Part shown: positions 8,515 to 17,349 of the stretch, piece after piece
How the letters are laid out: the number at the start of each line of letters is the position of its first letter
Position numbering within the stretch: position 1 is the stretch's first letter
Source: Caldisphaera sp.
GTDB taxonomy: Archaea; Thermoproteota; Thermoprotei_A; Sulfolobales; Acidilobaceae
DNA: 35,974 bases
NCBI GenBank assembly: GCA_049971805.1
Contig: JBMFKU010000014.1
Span: 1 to 35,974 of the forward strand
Direction: 5' to 3'
The notes under the pieces: model-generated
The model's input: the letters and a program-made list of their open reading frames with translations, nothing else
Database searches by the model: none
Told to the model about the DNA's origin: nothing
Program-made: the position numbers and the translations under genes

Positions 8515-9118
8515 TTAATGGAAATAGTATTGGTAAAATTATTGTTATTATCAGTCCTTGAATCAGAGCCGATGAACCATTTTTGAGGCCAGAATACCTT
8601 ATTATAATCCCTAGCGTAGTATCCATTGTTGTTGCACCACCCATGGCTATAGATGAATTGTCAAAATATTGATATAGCAATGGAAATAATGATAATGTGT
8701 AAACCTCTCTCAATAAATTTGATATAAATCCAATTATCCCAAAGTAAGGATTATATATAGATAGAAATGGCCCTGTTAATGAATACCATCCAGAACCTAA
8801 GGAAATTATTATAGCATATTTAATGTTTTCGTTAAGCACCTTATATAATATTAGGGCAGCAATTATATCACCAATTAAAACTGAAATGGTTAGCTTTAAA
8901 CCGTCTTTAATTCCATTTATAGCAGATCTTATTATTTCTTTGCCTGAGACACCAACTTCAATACCTATCAAACCTATCAATATGTATAGCCATGTTATGG
9001 CAATATTTTCAACAATTAATGCATTTATCTTGATGATTTTCCCTATAATTAAACCTAATAAAAAAATTAATAATGGCGGTAAAATTTCGTTAGTTCTTTT
9101 TCCCACTTCTCCCACCAT
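8498..9118 (-). CDS. LysO (DUF340) lysine exporter family, C-terminal-type component
   Basis: GSGWYSLTG, NLLRE and GGATTMDTTL motifs; multi-TM. Confidence 0.88.
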   Translation of the reverse strand: MVGEVGKRTNEILPPLLIFLLGLIIGKIIKINALIVENIAITWLYILIGLIGIEVGVSGKEIIRSAINGIKDGLKLTISVLIGDIIAALILYKVLNENIKYAIIISLGSGWYSLTGPFLSIYNPYFGIIGFISNLLREVYTLSLFPLLYQYFDNSSIAMGGATTMDTTLGIIIRYSGLKNGSSALIQGLIITIILPILFPLIIGLH

Positions 9119-9395
9119 TCATTAGTCTAGAAATCAATACTCCAAATATACCTGGTAAAACAGAATACAGAGCTATAGAATATATAAGTGATAATCCCTG
9201 CATATTAGATATGAATTCACTTATGTAACTGCTAGCTGTTAATGCCATAAAAAATATTAGATCAAATATTGATATGGTTATTAATAGGTTTAGTGATTTT
9301 TTAAATTTATTATTAGCAAGTCTTTTGTAATTTATAAGTATGCCCATAAATAAACCAGATACTAATATTGTATATAAGACTATATCAGATAACAT
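9090..9395 (-). CDS. Small membrane protein, probable N-terminal partner of split LysO
   Basis: Three hydrophobic segments and a LIFFM motif; overlaps the start of the LysO gene. Confidence 0.65.
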   Translation of the reverse strand: MLSDIVLYTILVSGLFMGILINYKRLANNKFKKSLNLLITISIFDLIFFMALTASSYISEFISNMQGLSLIYSIALYSVLPGIFGVLISRLMNGGRSGKKN

Positions 9396-9502
9396 TGCTT
9401 TTCCCCATATTGTAAATTTTAATTTAGTTTAAAAGTTTATTATGCTTTAAAGATAGAAATACTTATAAGCTTTGTAATACAAGTATTATATAGGTGAAAA
9501 AT

Positions 9503-10045
9503 ATGTCTGAGAATCCAAATGTGCAAGAAAATCAAGAAAATCAAGAAAAGAAACAGGAAAAAGTATATACAATAAGAGGTCTTAACGAGGATTTGTACGA
9601 AAGTTTTTCAAAAACAGCTAAGGAGCTAGGAACTACAGTAGGAGAATTAATGAATCAGGCAATGGGTCAGTTTTTGGTAACAGTCGAAGCAAGTAAAGAT
9701 GCTACTCAAAAAATAACTGATAAAGTAAGCAAAACTAGTTCAAAAATATTAAAGGGTCCATTCGATGCATTTAAACAATTAATAACAAGTATAGCAGATT
9801 TTGATTTGGTCAGCAATATTAATGAACTAACAGTAACAAAAAATGACCTAGAAACTGCTGAAAAGCCTATAGTCTTTTCAAATATTAAAAAACTAGTATT
9901 TTCCCAAGATGTAGATATTAATACGATAAATAATAAGGTAAGATCAATCAAAGTAGTTGATGAAGTTGTTGTACCTTCCAATATACCAGTGTTGGTAGTT
10001 GCTAAAAAGTGTCAACTAGTAAAGAAAATAACTCAGAGCAAATAA
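9503..10045 (+). CDS. Uncharacterised protein with N-terminal ribbon-helix-helix DNA-binding domain
   Basis: VYTIRGLNEDLYESFSKTAKELGTTVGELMNQAM has the RHH beta-alpha-alpha pattern. AGGTGA SD lies before ATG 9503 (the ORF track starts at GTG 9494). Confidence 0.7.
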   Translation: MSENPNVQENQENQEKKQEKVYTIRGLNEDLYESFSKTAKELGTTVGELMNQAMGQFLVTVEASKDATQKITDKVSKTSSKILKGPFDAFKQLITSIADFDLVSNINELTVTKNDLETAEKPIVFSNIKKLVFSQDVDINTINNKVRSIKVVDEVVVPSNIPVLVVAKKCQLVKKITQSK

Positions 10046-10065
10046 ATAATAAACGGTGCAAATGA

Positions 10066-10755
10066 TTGAAAAAAGACAAAACAAATTTGATAATATCAAT
10101 AGTTTTCTTTTTGTTGGGTATATTTATAATTTTTTATCATAGTTTTTTAGGAGGCAATTTGACAAAATTTTTTATAAATTTAAGCATTAACATATTAATA
10201 AAGGGTGGCTATTACGGAATTTTAGCTCTAATGATAGCAGAAAGTGCGTTGATTCCTATTCCGAGCGAAATAGTTATGCCATTAGCTGGTATAATGGTAA
10301 AAACCAACAACTTAAATTTACTTGCAATTATAACAGCTGGAACTATAGGAAACCTCATTGGGTCTACAATATTATATTATATAGGGAAATATATTAGAAA
10401 TCCCTTTATTAGTTTTGCCAGTAAATACTTAGGACTTAAAAAGAAATATGTTGAAACTGCGGATCAATTGTTTAATAAGCATGGCTCTTCAGTTATATTA
10501 TCTGGTAGAGTAATGCCTGCTGTTAGATCAGTTATTTCTCTGCCTGCTGGATTTGCAAATATGAACATAGTTAAGTTTGCTTTGTTTACATTTATTGGTT
10601 CATTGCCATGGAATATAGTTCTTTCATTAATAGGTTATTTTTTTGGAACAAATAATTATGTGCTTTCTATGTTTGATTATATAGTTTCTGTATTTATATT
10701 TATATTAGGGATTTATTATTTGCTAAGATATTTGAATTTTTTAAAAAATAAATAG
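10066..10755 (+). CDS. DedA family membrane protein
   Basis: ESALIPIPSEIVMPLAG, F.K.G and GRVMPAVRSVISLPAG motifs. Confidence 0.93.
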   Translation: MKKDKTNLIISIVFFLLGIFIIFYHSFLGGNLTKFFINLSINILIKGGYYGILALMIAESALIPIPSEIVMPLAGIMVKTNNLNLLAIITAGTIGNLIGSTILYYIGKYIRNPFISFASKYLGLKKKYVETADQLFNKHGSSVILSGRVMPAVRSVISLPAGFANMNIVKFALFTFIGSLPWNIVLSLIGYFFGTNNYVLSMFDYIVSVFIFILGIYYLLRYLNFLKNK

Positions 10756-10820
10756 ATTTATCTTTAAATTTTAGTTAAAAAGAAAAGGTTTTATTATAGA
10801 GATTTTATTGGGGGAGATTA

Positions 10821-11546
10821 ATGGAAGAAAAAGAGATCAATGATACTAAATTAAAAGATATTAAAGAAATCATCGAGAACTATAAATCAAAGGCATACAT
10901 GTTAAATGATTTTGTGGAAAGGAGCTTAAACTCTATGAGATGGCAAGGGATTGGAATCTTAATGATACTAGATGCTTCATTTACAAGTGTTGGACTAAAT
11001 TATTTTAACGCTGTTATACCAGCAATATTAAAGTTTAAGAGAAAGTTCTATGATACAAATGAAATAACAAACTTTCATATCTTATCTAATTATGACTTAG
11101 GAAAATTGAAAGAAGTTTGGAAGAACGAAAGATCATGGATAGTAGCAAAAAATATTAGTAAAGTATTTTCAAAATACAGGAATAAAGATGATAGAGAAAC
11201 ACTTATATATTGGGCAAAAACATCTAGCTTAAACAAATTCAAGAATGAAGAAATTAGTAAAATAAAAGGTGTAGGTATAGTTACATTTCAATACTTGAGA
11301 ATTATGGGGGGAATCGATACATTAATGCCAGATAAAATAGTTATAAAGTTTTTAGATAATGTTTTTTCCAAATCTAAAACTAATATAATAAAACATAATA
11401 TAATAGAATATATATATGATGTTGAAAATTTATTGAAAAAAATTAACATTAGGCCAGTGGAGGTGACTTGGATATCATGGTTAATAGACTCTGAGGCTAA
11501 GAAAATATTGACTGGTAAGTATAATGATGTACTTAATTTGATTTAG
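10821..11546 (+). CDS. Uncharacterised HhH-GPD-like (DNA glycosylase-fold) protein
   Basis: IKGVGIVTFQYLRIMGGIDTLMPDKIV resembles a helix-hairpin-helix followed by the PD acidic motif. No Fe-S cysteines. Confidence 0.6.
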   Translation: MEEKEINDTKLKDIKEIIENYKSKAYMLNDFVERSLNSMRWQGIGILMILDASFTSVGLNYFNAVIPAILKFKRKFYDTNEITNFHILSNYDLGKLKEVWKNERSWIVAKNISKVFSKYRNKDDRETLIYWAKTSSLNKFKNEEISKIKGVGIVTFQYLRIMGGIDTLMPDKIVIKFLDNVFSKSKTNIIKHNIIEYIYDVENLLKKINIRPVEVTWISWLIDSEAKKILTGKYNDVLNLI

Positions 11547-11854
11547 TTAGTTAATTTTAAAATTAATTCCTTTAATTCTTTATCATTACCACTTTCGAGA
11601 TTTTTTATCAAATTTTCAACTTTATCATCGTCTAGGCCTAATGCCTCTAAATATAACTTAATTATTATTTTTGCACTATACTCAGATGAAACTTGACACA
11701 AGATTTTAAATGCATTTATAGGAAAATCTATAAAAAGTAATGGAAAGGGTTTATTGAAATGGTTTTCAGAATAATTATTTAAAATTAGGTATAAACTTGG
11801 TATTGTATTTTTATTGATTTTTTCTATATTAAAAATTAAATCTGAAAATTTCAA
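11543..11854 (-). CDS. Hypothetical small helical protein
   Basis: 103-aa ORF with GAGAGG SD-like element before TTG and a 4-bp convergent overlap with the neighbouring gene. No recognisable motif. Confidence 0.6.
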   Translation of the reverse strand: MKFSDLIFNIEKINKNTIPSLYLILNNYSENHFNKPFPLLFIDFPINAFKILCQVSSEYSAKIIIKLYLEALGLDDDKVENLIKNLESGNDKELKELILKLTN

Positions 11855-12109
11855 TATTATTATCCTCTCTTCTTAAACTTTGTCAATATTTTTGTATGTA
11901 GTGATAGGCTTGTAATTGTTTTCAATATTGGTTACCATTTATTATAATTCTTTTTTTAAAAAATATTAATCTTTTTCCTTATAAAAACCTCTATGGTTTA
12001 TAAAAGTCAATTATTAGACAATAATACACTTTTAATTTAATGCATTTTATTAAATATTTAATTCTTAAAATTGTAGTAATGCATATATTTCTTATTAATT
12101 AGATATAAG

Positions 12110-13003
12110 ATGGTGATTATATTGCAAAAAGAGATTCGATTAAATTTGGGCTCTTTAGATAGAAATGATTATTATTTAGCAGTTTTTTATGATAATAATT
12201 TCTTTAGCCTTAAAAAACATGCAAAAAACAACTCAATATTTACTTCTAAGATATTTTTTCAATCATTGCCTTATTCATTAGATGAGTTATCTACTATATT
12301 AAATTTAGTATTAGACAATAAACCCGAGGCAAATTTATCTGATATTTTACCTCCTCCAAATCCATTTCCAAGTAAAATTGTAGGAATAGGTAAAAACTTT
12401 AAGGAACATGCTAAGGAAATGAAAAATGGTAATAAACCTGCATTTTTCCTAAAGGCACCAAGTGCATTAATAGGCCATAATAATGAAATAATTATACCGT
12501 CTTTTGTTAAAAAACCAGACTATGAAGGAGAGGTAGTTTTATTAATGGGTAAAAAAGTTAAAAATGCTAGTATTAAAGAAGCTAAGGAAGCAATAATTGG
12601 ATATACAGCAGGAAATGATGTAACTGGTAGAGATTTGCAATATGGTGAAAAAAACGAGTGCCTACCTTGGAGCCAAGCTAAGGGATTAGACACATTTGCT
12701 CCTACAGGCCCTTATATTAAGATTATCGATGATTATTCAGAGCTTGAAAATGTTTGCTTAAAAACCTATTTAAATGGCATTGAAGTACAGCATGGTTGTC
12801 CTAATGATATGATATTTGACTATGCAAATATAATTGTTGAAGCATCTAGATTAATGACGTTATATCCAGGAGACATGGTTTTTACTGGAACCCCAGCAGG
12901 AGTCGGTCATGCTAAAGGCAATTATTTAAAAAATAATGATTTAATAAAAATTGAGGTTACAGGTATTGATCCTTTAATAAATAAAGTTGTTAGATTATCT
13001 TAA
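12110..13003 (+). CDS. Fumarylacetoacetate hydrolase family protein
   Basis: KIVGIGKNF.EH, PAFFLK, DYEGE, GNDVTGRDLQ, KGLDTFAP and GDMVFTGTPAGVG. Confidence 0.93.
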   Translation: MVIILQKEIRLNLGSLDRNDYYLAVFYDNNFFSLKKHAKNNSIFTSKIFFQSLPYSLDELSTILNLVLDNKPEANLSDILPPPNPFPSKIVGIGKNFKEHAKEMKNGNKPAFFLKAPSALIGHNNEIIIPSFVKKPDYEGEVVLLMGKKVKNASIKEAKEAIIGYTAGNDVTGRDLQYGEKNECLPWSQAKGLDTFAPTGPYIKIIDDYSELENVCLKTYLNGIEVQHGCPNDMIFDYANIIVEASRLMTLYPGDMVFTGTPAGVGHAKGNYLKNNDLIKIEVTGIDPLINKVVRLS

Positions 13004-13062
13004 TTTTAAATAAATATTAATCTTTAAAATGTTTTTTAATAATATATTGTTGGTGAAAAGAT

Positions 13063-14013
13063 TTGGAATACATGGAATTAGGTAAGACAAATGAAAAGGT
13101 TTCTAAAATCGGATTGGGTGCATGGCAATTTAGTGATGCATGGGGATTAACTGATTATAATATAGCAAAGCAGGTTATATCATCATCAATAGAGTTGGGA
13201 ATAAATCTATTGGATACAGCTATGGTTTATGGAAGGGGAATGAGTGAATCATTTTTGGGGAAAGCATTAAGAGAATTAAATATTAATAGGAGCAGTATAT
13301 TAATTGTTACAAAAATACCTGGCCAGTTTTTATCATATGATGATGTATTCAAAGCAGTTGATAGATCATTACAAAGACTACAGTCTGATTATATTGATGC
13401 TTTATTAGCTCATTGGCCTCCAGTTTGGCACAACCATCCAACCTGTGAATATATGAAGGCATTTGAAAGGCTTGTAGAATTGGGTAAGGTCAGATATCTT
13501 GGATTAAGCGATTATCCAGTAGAGCTTGCAGAGTCTGCTAGATATTGTTTATCAAAAAATGATATACAGATAATGGAAAATAGATATAATATTGTTGAAA
13601 GACAAGCGGAAAAAGAAATAATACCATATGTTGAACTAAATGATCTAACAATGCTTGCGTGGAGTCCATTGGCTAAAGCAGCTATACTGGGTAAGTATTC
13701 TCTAAGCGAAGTTTCCAATTTTAGAGATGTAAGGAGGGATGATGCTGTTTATTATCCTGAAAATTATAAGCAAATTTTAAGGTTAGCCGATGAAATAAAA
13801 GAAATTGCTAAAAAATATAATAAAACGCCTTCTCAAGTAGCGTTGAATTGGATGATAAATTATAGCAAAAACGTGCTACCTATTCCTGGAGCAAAAAATA
13901 AAGAACAGGCAATAGAAAATGCAGGAGCAGTTGGCTGGAAATTATCTTATCAGGATTGGAGAAAATTAGATGATTTAAGTAAATCAATAAAGTTTTCTTA
14001 CGTCGACTTTTAA
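13063..14013 (+). CDS. Aldo/keto reductase
   Basis: IGLGAWQ, DTAMVYG, VTK, LAHWP, AWSPLA and PIPGAK motifs. Confidence 0.94.
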   Translation: MEYMELGKTNEKVSKIGLGAWQFSDAWGLTDYNIAKQVISSSIELGINLLDTAMVYGRGMSESFLGKALRELNINRSSILIVTKIPGQFLSYDDVFKAVDRSLQRLQSDYIDALLAHWPPVWHNHPTCEYMKAFERLVELGKVRYLGLSDYPVELAESARYCLSKNDIQIMENRYNIVERQAEKEIIPYVELNDLTMLAWSPLAKAAILGKYSLSEVSNFRDVRRDDAVYYPENYKQILRLADEIKEIAKKYNKTPSQVALNWMINYSKNVLPIPGAKNKEQAIENAGAVGWKLSYQDWRKLDDLSKSIKFSYVDF

Positions 14014-14058
14014 ATTTTAAGAAACAAAATTTTATTAACTACAATTTGTTTTGCATAT

Positions 14059-14631
14059 ATGGTGAACAAATTGTCTAAGCATCCTGAAATGACGGAAAAT
14101 GCGTTGGAATCATCTTATGGCGGTGAATCTATGGCCCATATGAGATATTTAATTTTTGCTGAAATAGCAGAAAAAGAAGGATTTAAGAATGTTTCTAGAC
14201 TTTTTAAGGCAATAGCCTATGCCGAGCAAGTTCATGCAAGAAATCACTTTTCAAGGCTTGATTCATTAAAAGAAGGAAGGAAAGTAGTTGCAGACGCCCC
14301 ATTTGGTCCAGGAAATACTTCCAAAAATTTGGAATTAGCAATAATGGGTGAAGAATTTGAAGTAGAGCAGATGTATCCAGCATATATTGAGTTGGCTAAA
14401 TTTCAAAAGGATAAACAGGCAGAAATGTCTTTTAGGTTTGCATTAGAAGCTGAAAAGATACATGCTAAATTATTCAAAGAGGCAAAAAAATATGTAGATG
14501 AAGGTAAAGATATGCCAATAGATGGCTATATTTGGATTTGTCCAGTATGCGGACATACTTTAATAGCGAAAGAACCTCCAGAGAAATGTCCAATTTGTGC
14601 AGCTCTTGGTGCAACCTTTCTAAAGTTTTAA
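14059..14631 (+). CDS. rbr: Rubrerythrin
   Basis: GESMAHMRY, EQVHA and EKIHA di-iron ligands, plus C-terminal CPVCG...CPIC rubredoxin domain. The true start may be TTG 14071 after GGTGA. Confidence 0.93.
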   Translation: MVNKLSKHPEMTENALESSYGGESMAHMRYLIFAEIAEKEGFKNVSRLFKAIAYAEQVHARNHFSRLDSLKEGRKVVADAPFGPGNTSKNLELAIMGEEFEVEQMYPAYIELAKFQKDKQAEMSFRFALEAEKIHAKLFKEAKKYVDEGKDMPIDGYIWICPVCGHTLIAKEPPEKCPICAALGATFLKF

Positions 14632-14686
14632 GCAAATCAAAATAATTTTTAAATTTGAATATGTTATTTATTTTTTGGTGGTTTAT

Positions 14687-15802
14687 ATGAATGATATTCA
14701 ATTGAAAGAGCTTCATCAAAAAATAAATGCTTCTTTTGGTGAATTTGCTGGTTGGAATGTACCTATGATATATAGCTCTACTATTGAAGAACATAAAACT
14801 GTTAGAAATTCCGTTGGTGTTTTCGATATAAGTCACATGGGTAGATTGAAGATATCAGGTAAAAATTCATTAGATTTATTAGAGATAGTTTTTACAAAAA
14901 AGTTATCAAGCACTAAAGAAGGTTTTATGAGTGGTCCTATCTTGTCTCTGAATGAAAGTGCAAGGGTAATAGATGATGAAATGTGGTATAAAATAAACGA
15001 TAATGAATGGCTAGCAGTTCCAAATGCATCAGCGAGAGAAATAATGATAACTCATTTGAGTAAAATAGCTATTCAAAACAAATACGATGTTAAAATTCAA
15101 GATTTAACATTTGATTATGTTTTGCTAGCTTTGCAAGGACCTGAAAGTAAATATGTTATGGAAAAATTAAAAGCATCTTGGGCATTAGATTTAAAGCCTT
15201 TAGAATTTAGGCTAAATGAAAATTTAAACAATATAAATATTTATCTAGCAAGCAGAAGTGGATGGACGGGAGAGGACGGCTTTGAATTCTGGTTAACTCC
15301 TAATAATGCAGAAAGGCTCTATAAATTGCTTTTAGATAATGGCGTTAAACCAATAGGCATAGCAGCAAGAGATACGCTAAGAATTGAAATGGGTTTTGTT
15401 TTAGGAGGAAATGAGTATGGGCAAGATCCAATAAAGTTTCCTTGCGCTTTAAGCTTAAGATATGGAATGGGAGCAATTGATTGGAATAAGACCGGATATA
15501 TAGGAGAGCCTTCTTTAAGGGCATGCAAAAAAGAAGGTTTAAGATGGATCAGAATTGGATTAGAAATGAAAAAATCAAATGCGAGATACATACCTAGACA
15601 TGGCTATAAAATGTATGAAGATGATATAGAAGTTGGCTGGGTAACTAGTGGAACCTATAGCCCAATATTAGAAAAAGGAATTGGTATGGGTTATATAGAT
15701 ACAAGATATGCAATTTTAGGCGAAACTATAACAATTAATGATGGTAGGGGAAGGACAGGAGAAGCGAAGATTGTTGATTTCCCTCTAATTAAAAGAAAGT
15801 AA
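14687..15802 (+). CDS. gcvT: Glycine cleavage system aminomethyltransferase T
   Basis: FAGWNVP..Y, EH..VR..VGVFDISHMG, LALQGP, SRSGWTGEDGFE, ARDTLRIEMG and VTSGTYSP. ATG 14687 follows GGTGG. Confidence 0.92.
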   Translation: MNDIQLKELHQKINASFGEFAGWNVPMIYSSTIEEHKTVRNSVGVFDISHMGRLKISGKNSLDLLEIVFTKKLSSTKEGFMSGPILSLNESARVIDDEMWYKINDNEWLAVPNASAREIMITHLSKIAIQNKYDVKIQDLTFDYVLLALQGPESKYVMEKLKASWALDLKPLEFRLNENLNNINIYLASRSGWTGEDGFEFWLTPNNAERLYKLLLDNGVKPIGIAARDTLRIEMGFVLGGNEYGQDPIKFPCALSLRYGMGAIDWNKTGYIGEPSLRACKKEGLRWIRIGLEMKKSNARYIPRHGYKMYEDDIEVGWVTSGTYSPILEKGIGMGYIDTRYAILGETITINDGRGRTGEAKIVDFPLIKRK

Positions 15803-15894
15803 TTTATTCATATTAAAATATCTTTTTCTTTTCATAAATAAAATTTAAACTTAAAGCTGTAAGATAAAGATCAGCATATCTTAAAATTCTTAGT

Positions 15895-17349
15895 CTAAAT
15901 ATTTTGCTTACCTTTTTTTAAATTGCTTAGAGAGTTTTCTATCATTTGCCTTATAATTTTTGGATCTATAGCTTTTCCTCTAGCTCTCTTTAATACTTTA
16001 CCAACCAAATAATCAAGCGCCTCCATTTTACCACTATAAAAATCTTTAACTGCATTTTTTTCTTCTACTATTACATTATTAATCAGGTTGTCTGGGTAAA
16101 TTTTCTCTGGCAGATTTAAGCTTGCTACATTTGGATCATTGACTAATTGAGGCAATACATTATATTTAATTTCATCATATGTATAAATCTTACTTGTTAT
16201 TAAATCGCTGATTTTCTTTAATGTCTCTTTTCTAGGCCAATTTTCCCTTGAGTAGACATTTTTTCCAGATTTCTTTAAATAACCTTTATAGTCTATAGCT
16301 AAAATTCTAGCGACTATTTTTGGGCTTGCTTCATTTCTAACGCTTTCCAAGAATAGTTCGGCGCTTGCCTTTACGGTTACTAAACTCCAAGCAATTTTTG
16401 GTGTTATACCATAATTTATTATAGTTGTCATTATTCTTTCTGGAGTTTTAGGTATATGCTCTAATGCCTCTTTAAGCAAAGGTTCTGTTTTTATTGCAGG
16501 AATATCAGGATCGGGGAAATAAAGGTACTCTTCTTCACTTTCCTTGCTTCTCAAAGATTTTGTTATCCCTCTAATAGGATCCCAATGTCTAGTTTCTCTT
16601 TTTATTGTTCCATTGCCTTCTATAATTTTGCTTTGTCTAAATATTTCGTACTTTAATGCCTTTTCTAGATCTAGTGTGCTACCTATATTTTTTACCTCTA
16701 CTCTTTCTCCTCCTTCTACACTAACGTTGGCATCTACCCTAAATGACCCTTCCAATCTTGGATTGATAGCTCCTATATATTCCATGGTTAATAATAGATA
16801 TTCCACAGCCTTTCTCGCATCTCTTGGTGTGGGAATTTCTGGTTCTGTTACGACTTCAAGTAAAGGTACACCACTTCTATTATAATCAACTAATGCAAAC
16901 TCGCTATTCAATATGCTTCCTTCACTATATTCAGTTTTTCCTGGGTCTTCTTCTATGTTCATCCTTCTCAATGTAACTGATTTCCATAAGTGTTTATCCG
17001 GATCATAATATTTTAATATACCCTTTAAGCAAACAGGCATTCCACCAGCTTTTTCGTATTGTGTTATTTGATAATTTTTTGGCATATCTGGATAATAATA
17101 ATGCTTTCTCGTAAATACCATATAGTCTGGGATTTCGCAATTAAAGACCTTAGCTACAGCTATACCCAGTTTAATTGGTTGTTTTCTTGGAACAGGCAAA
17201 GCTCCTGGTAATCCGAGGCATATTGGGCATACATTGGTATTTGGTTCGTATTTCCTATAATTTGAATCACAACTACAAAATAGCTTCGTCCCAGATTCTG
17301 TTAGTTGCGTGTGTATTTCAAGCCCAATTTTGTATTTCAATTTAATCAC
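15895..17349 (-). CDS. gatB: Asp-tRNA(Asn)/Glu-tRNA(Gln) amidotransferase subunit B
   Basis: IGLEIH, KLFCSC, CLGLPGALP, RKHYYYPD, DYNRSGVPLLEVVTEP, RVDANVS and YFPDPD. Confidence 0.96.
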   Translation of the reverse strand: MIKLKYKIGLEIHTQLTESGTKLFCSCDSNYRKYEPNTNVCPICLGLPGALPVPRKQPIKLGIAVAKVFNCEIPDYMVFTRKHYYYPDMPKNYQITQYEKAGGMPVCLKGILKYYDPDKHLWKSVTLRRMNIEEDPGKTEYSEGSILNSEFALVDYNRSGVPLLEVVTEPEIPTPRDARKAVEYLLLTMEYIGAINPRLEGSFRVDANVSVEGGERVEVKNIGSTLDLEKALKYEIFRQSKIIEGNGTIKRETRHWDPIRGITKSLRSKESEEEYLYFPDPDIPAIKTEPLLKEALEHIPKTPERIMTTIINYGITPKIAWSLVTVKASAELFLESVRNEASPKIVARILAIDYKGYLKKSGKNVYSRENWPRKETLKKISDLITSKIYTYDEIKYNVLPQLVNDPNVASLNLPEKIYPDNLINNVIVEEKNAVKDFYSGKMEALDYLVGKVLKRARGKAIDPKIIRQMIENSLSNLKKGKQNI

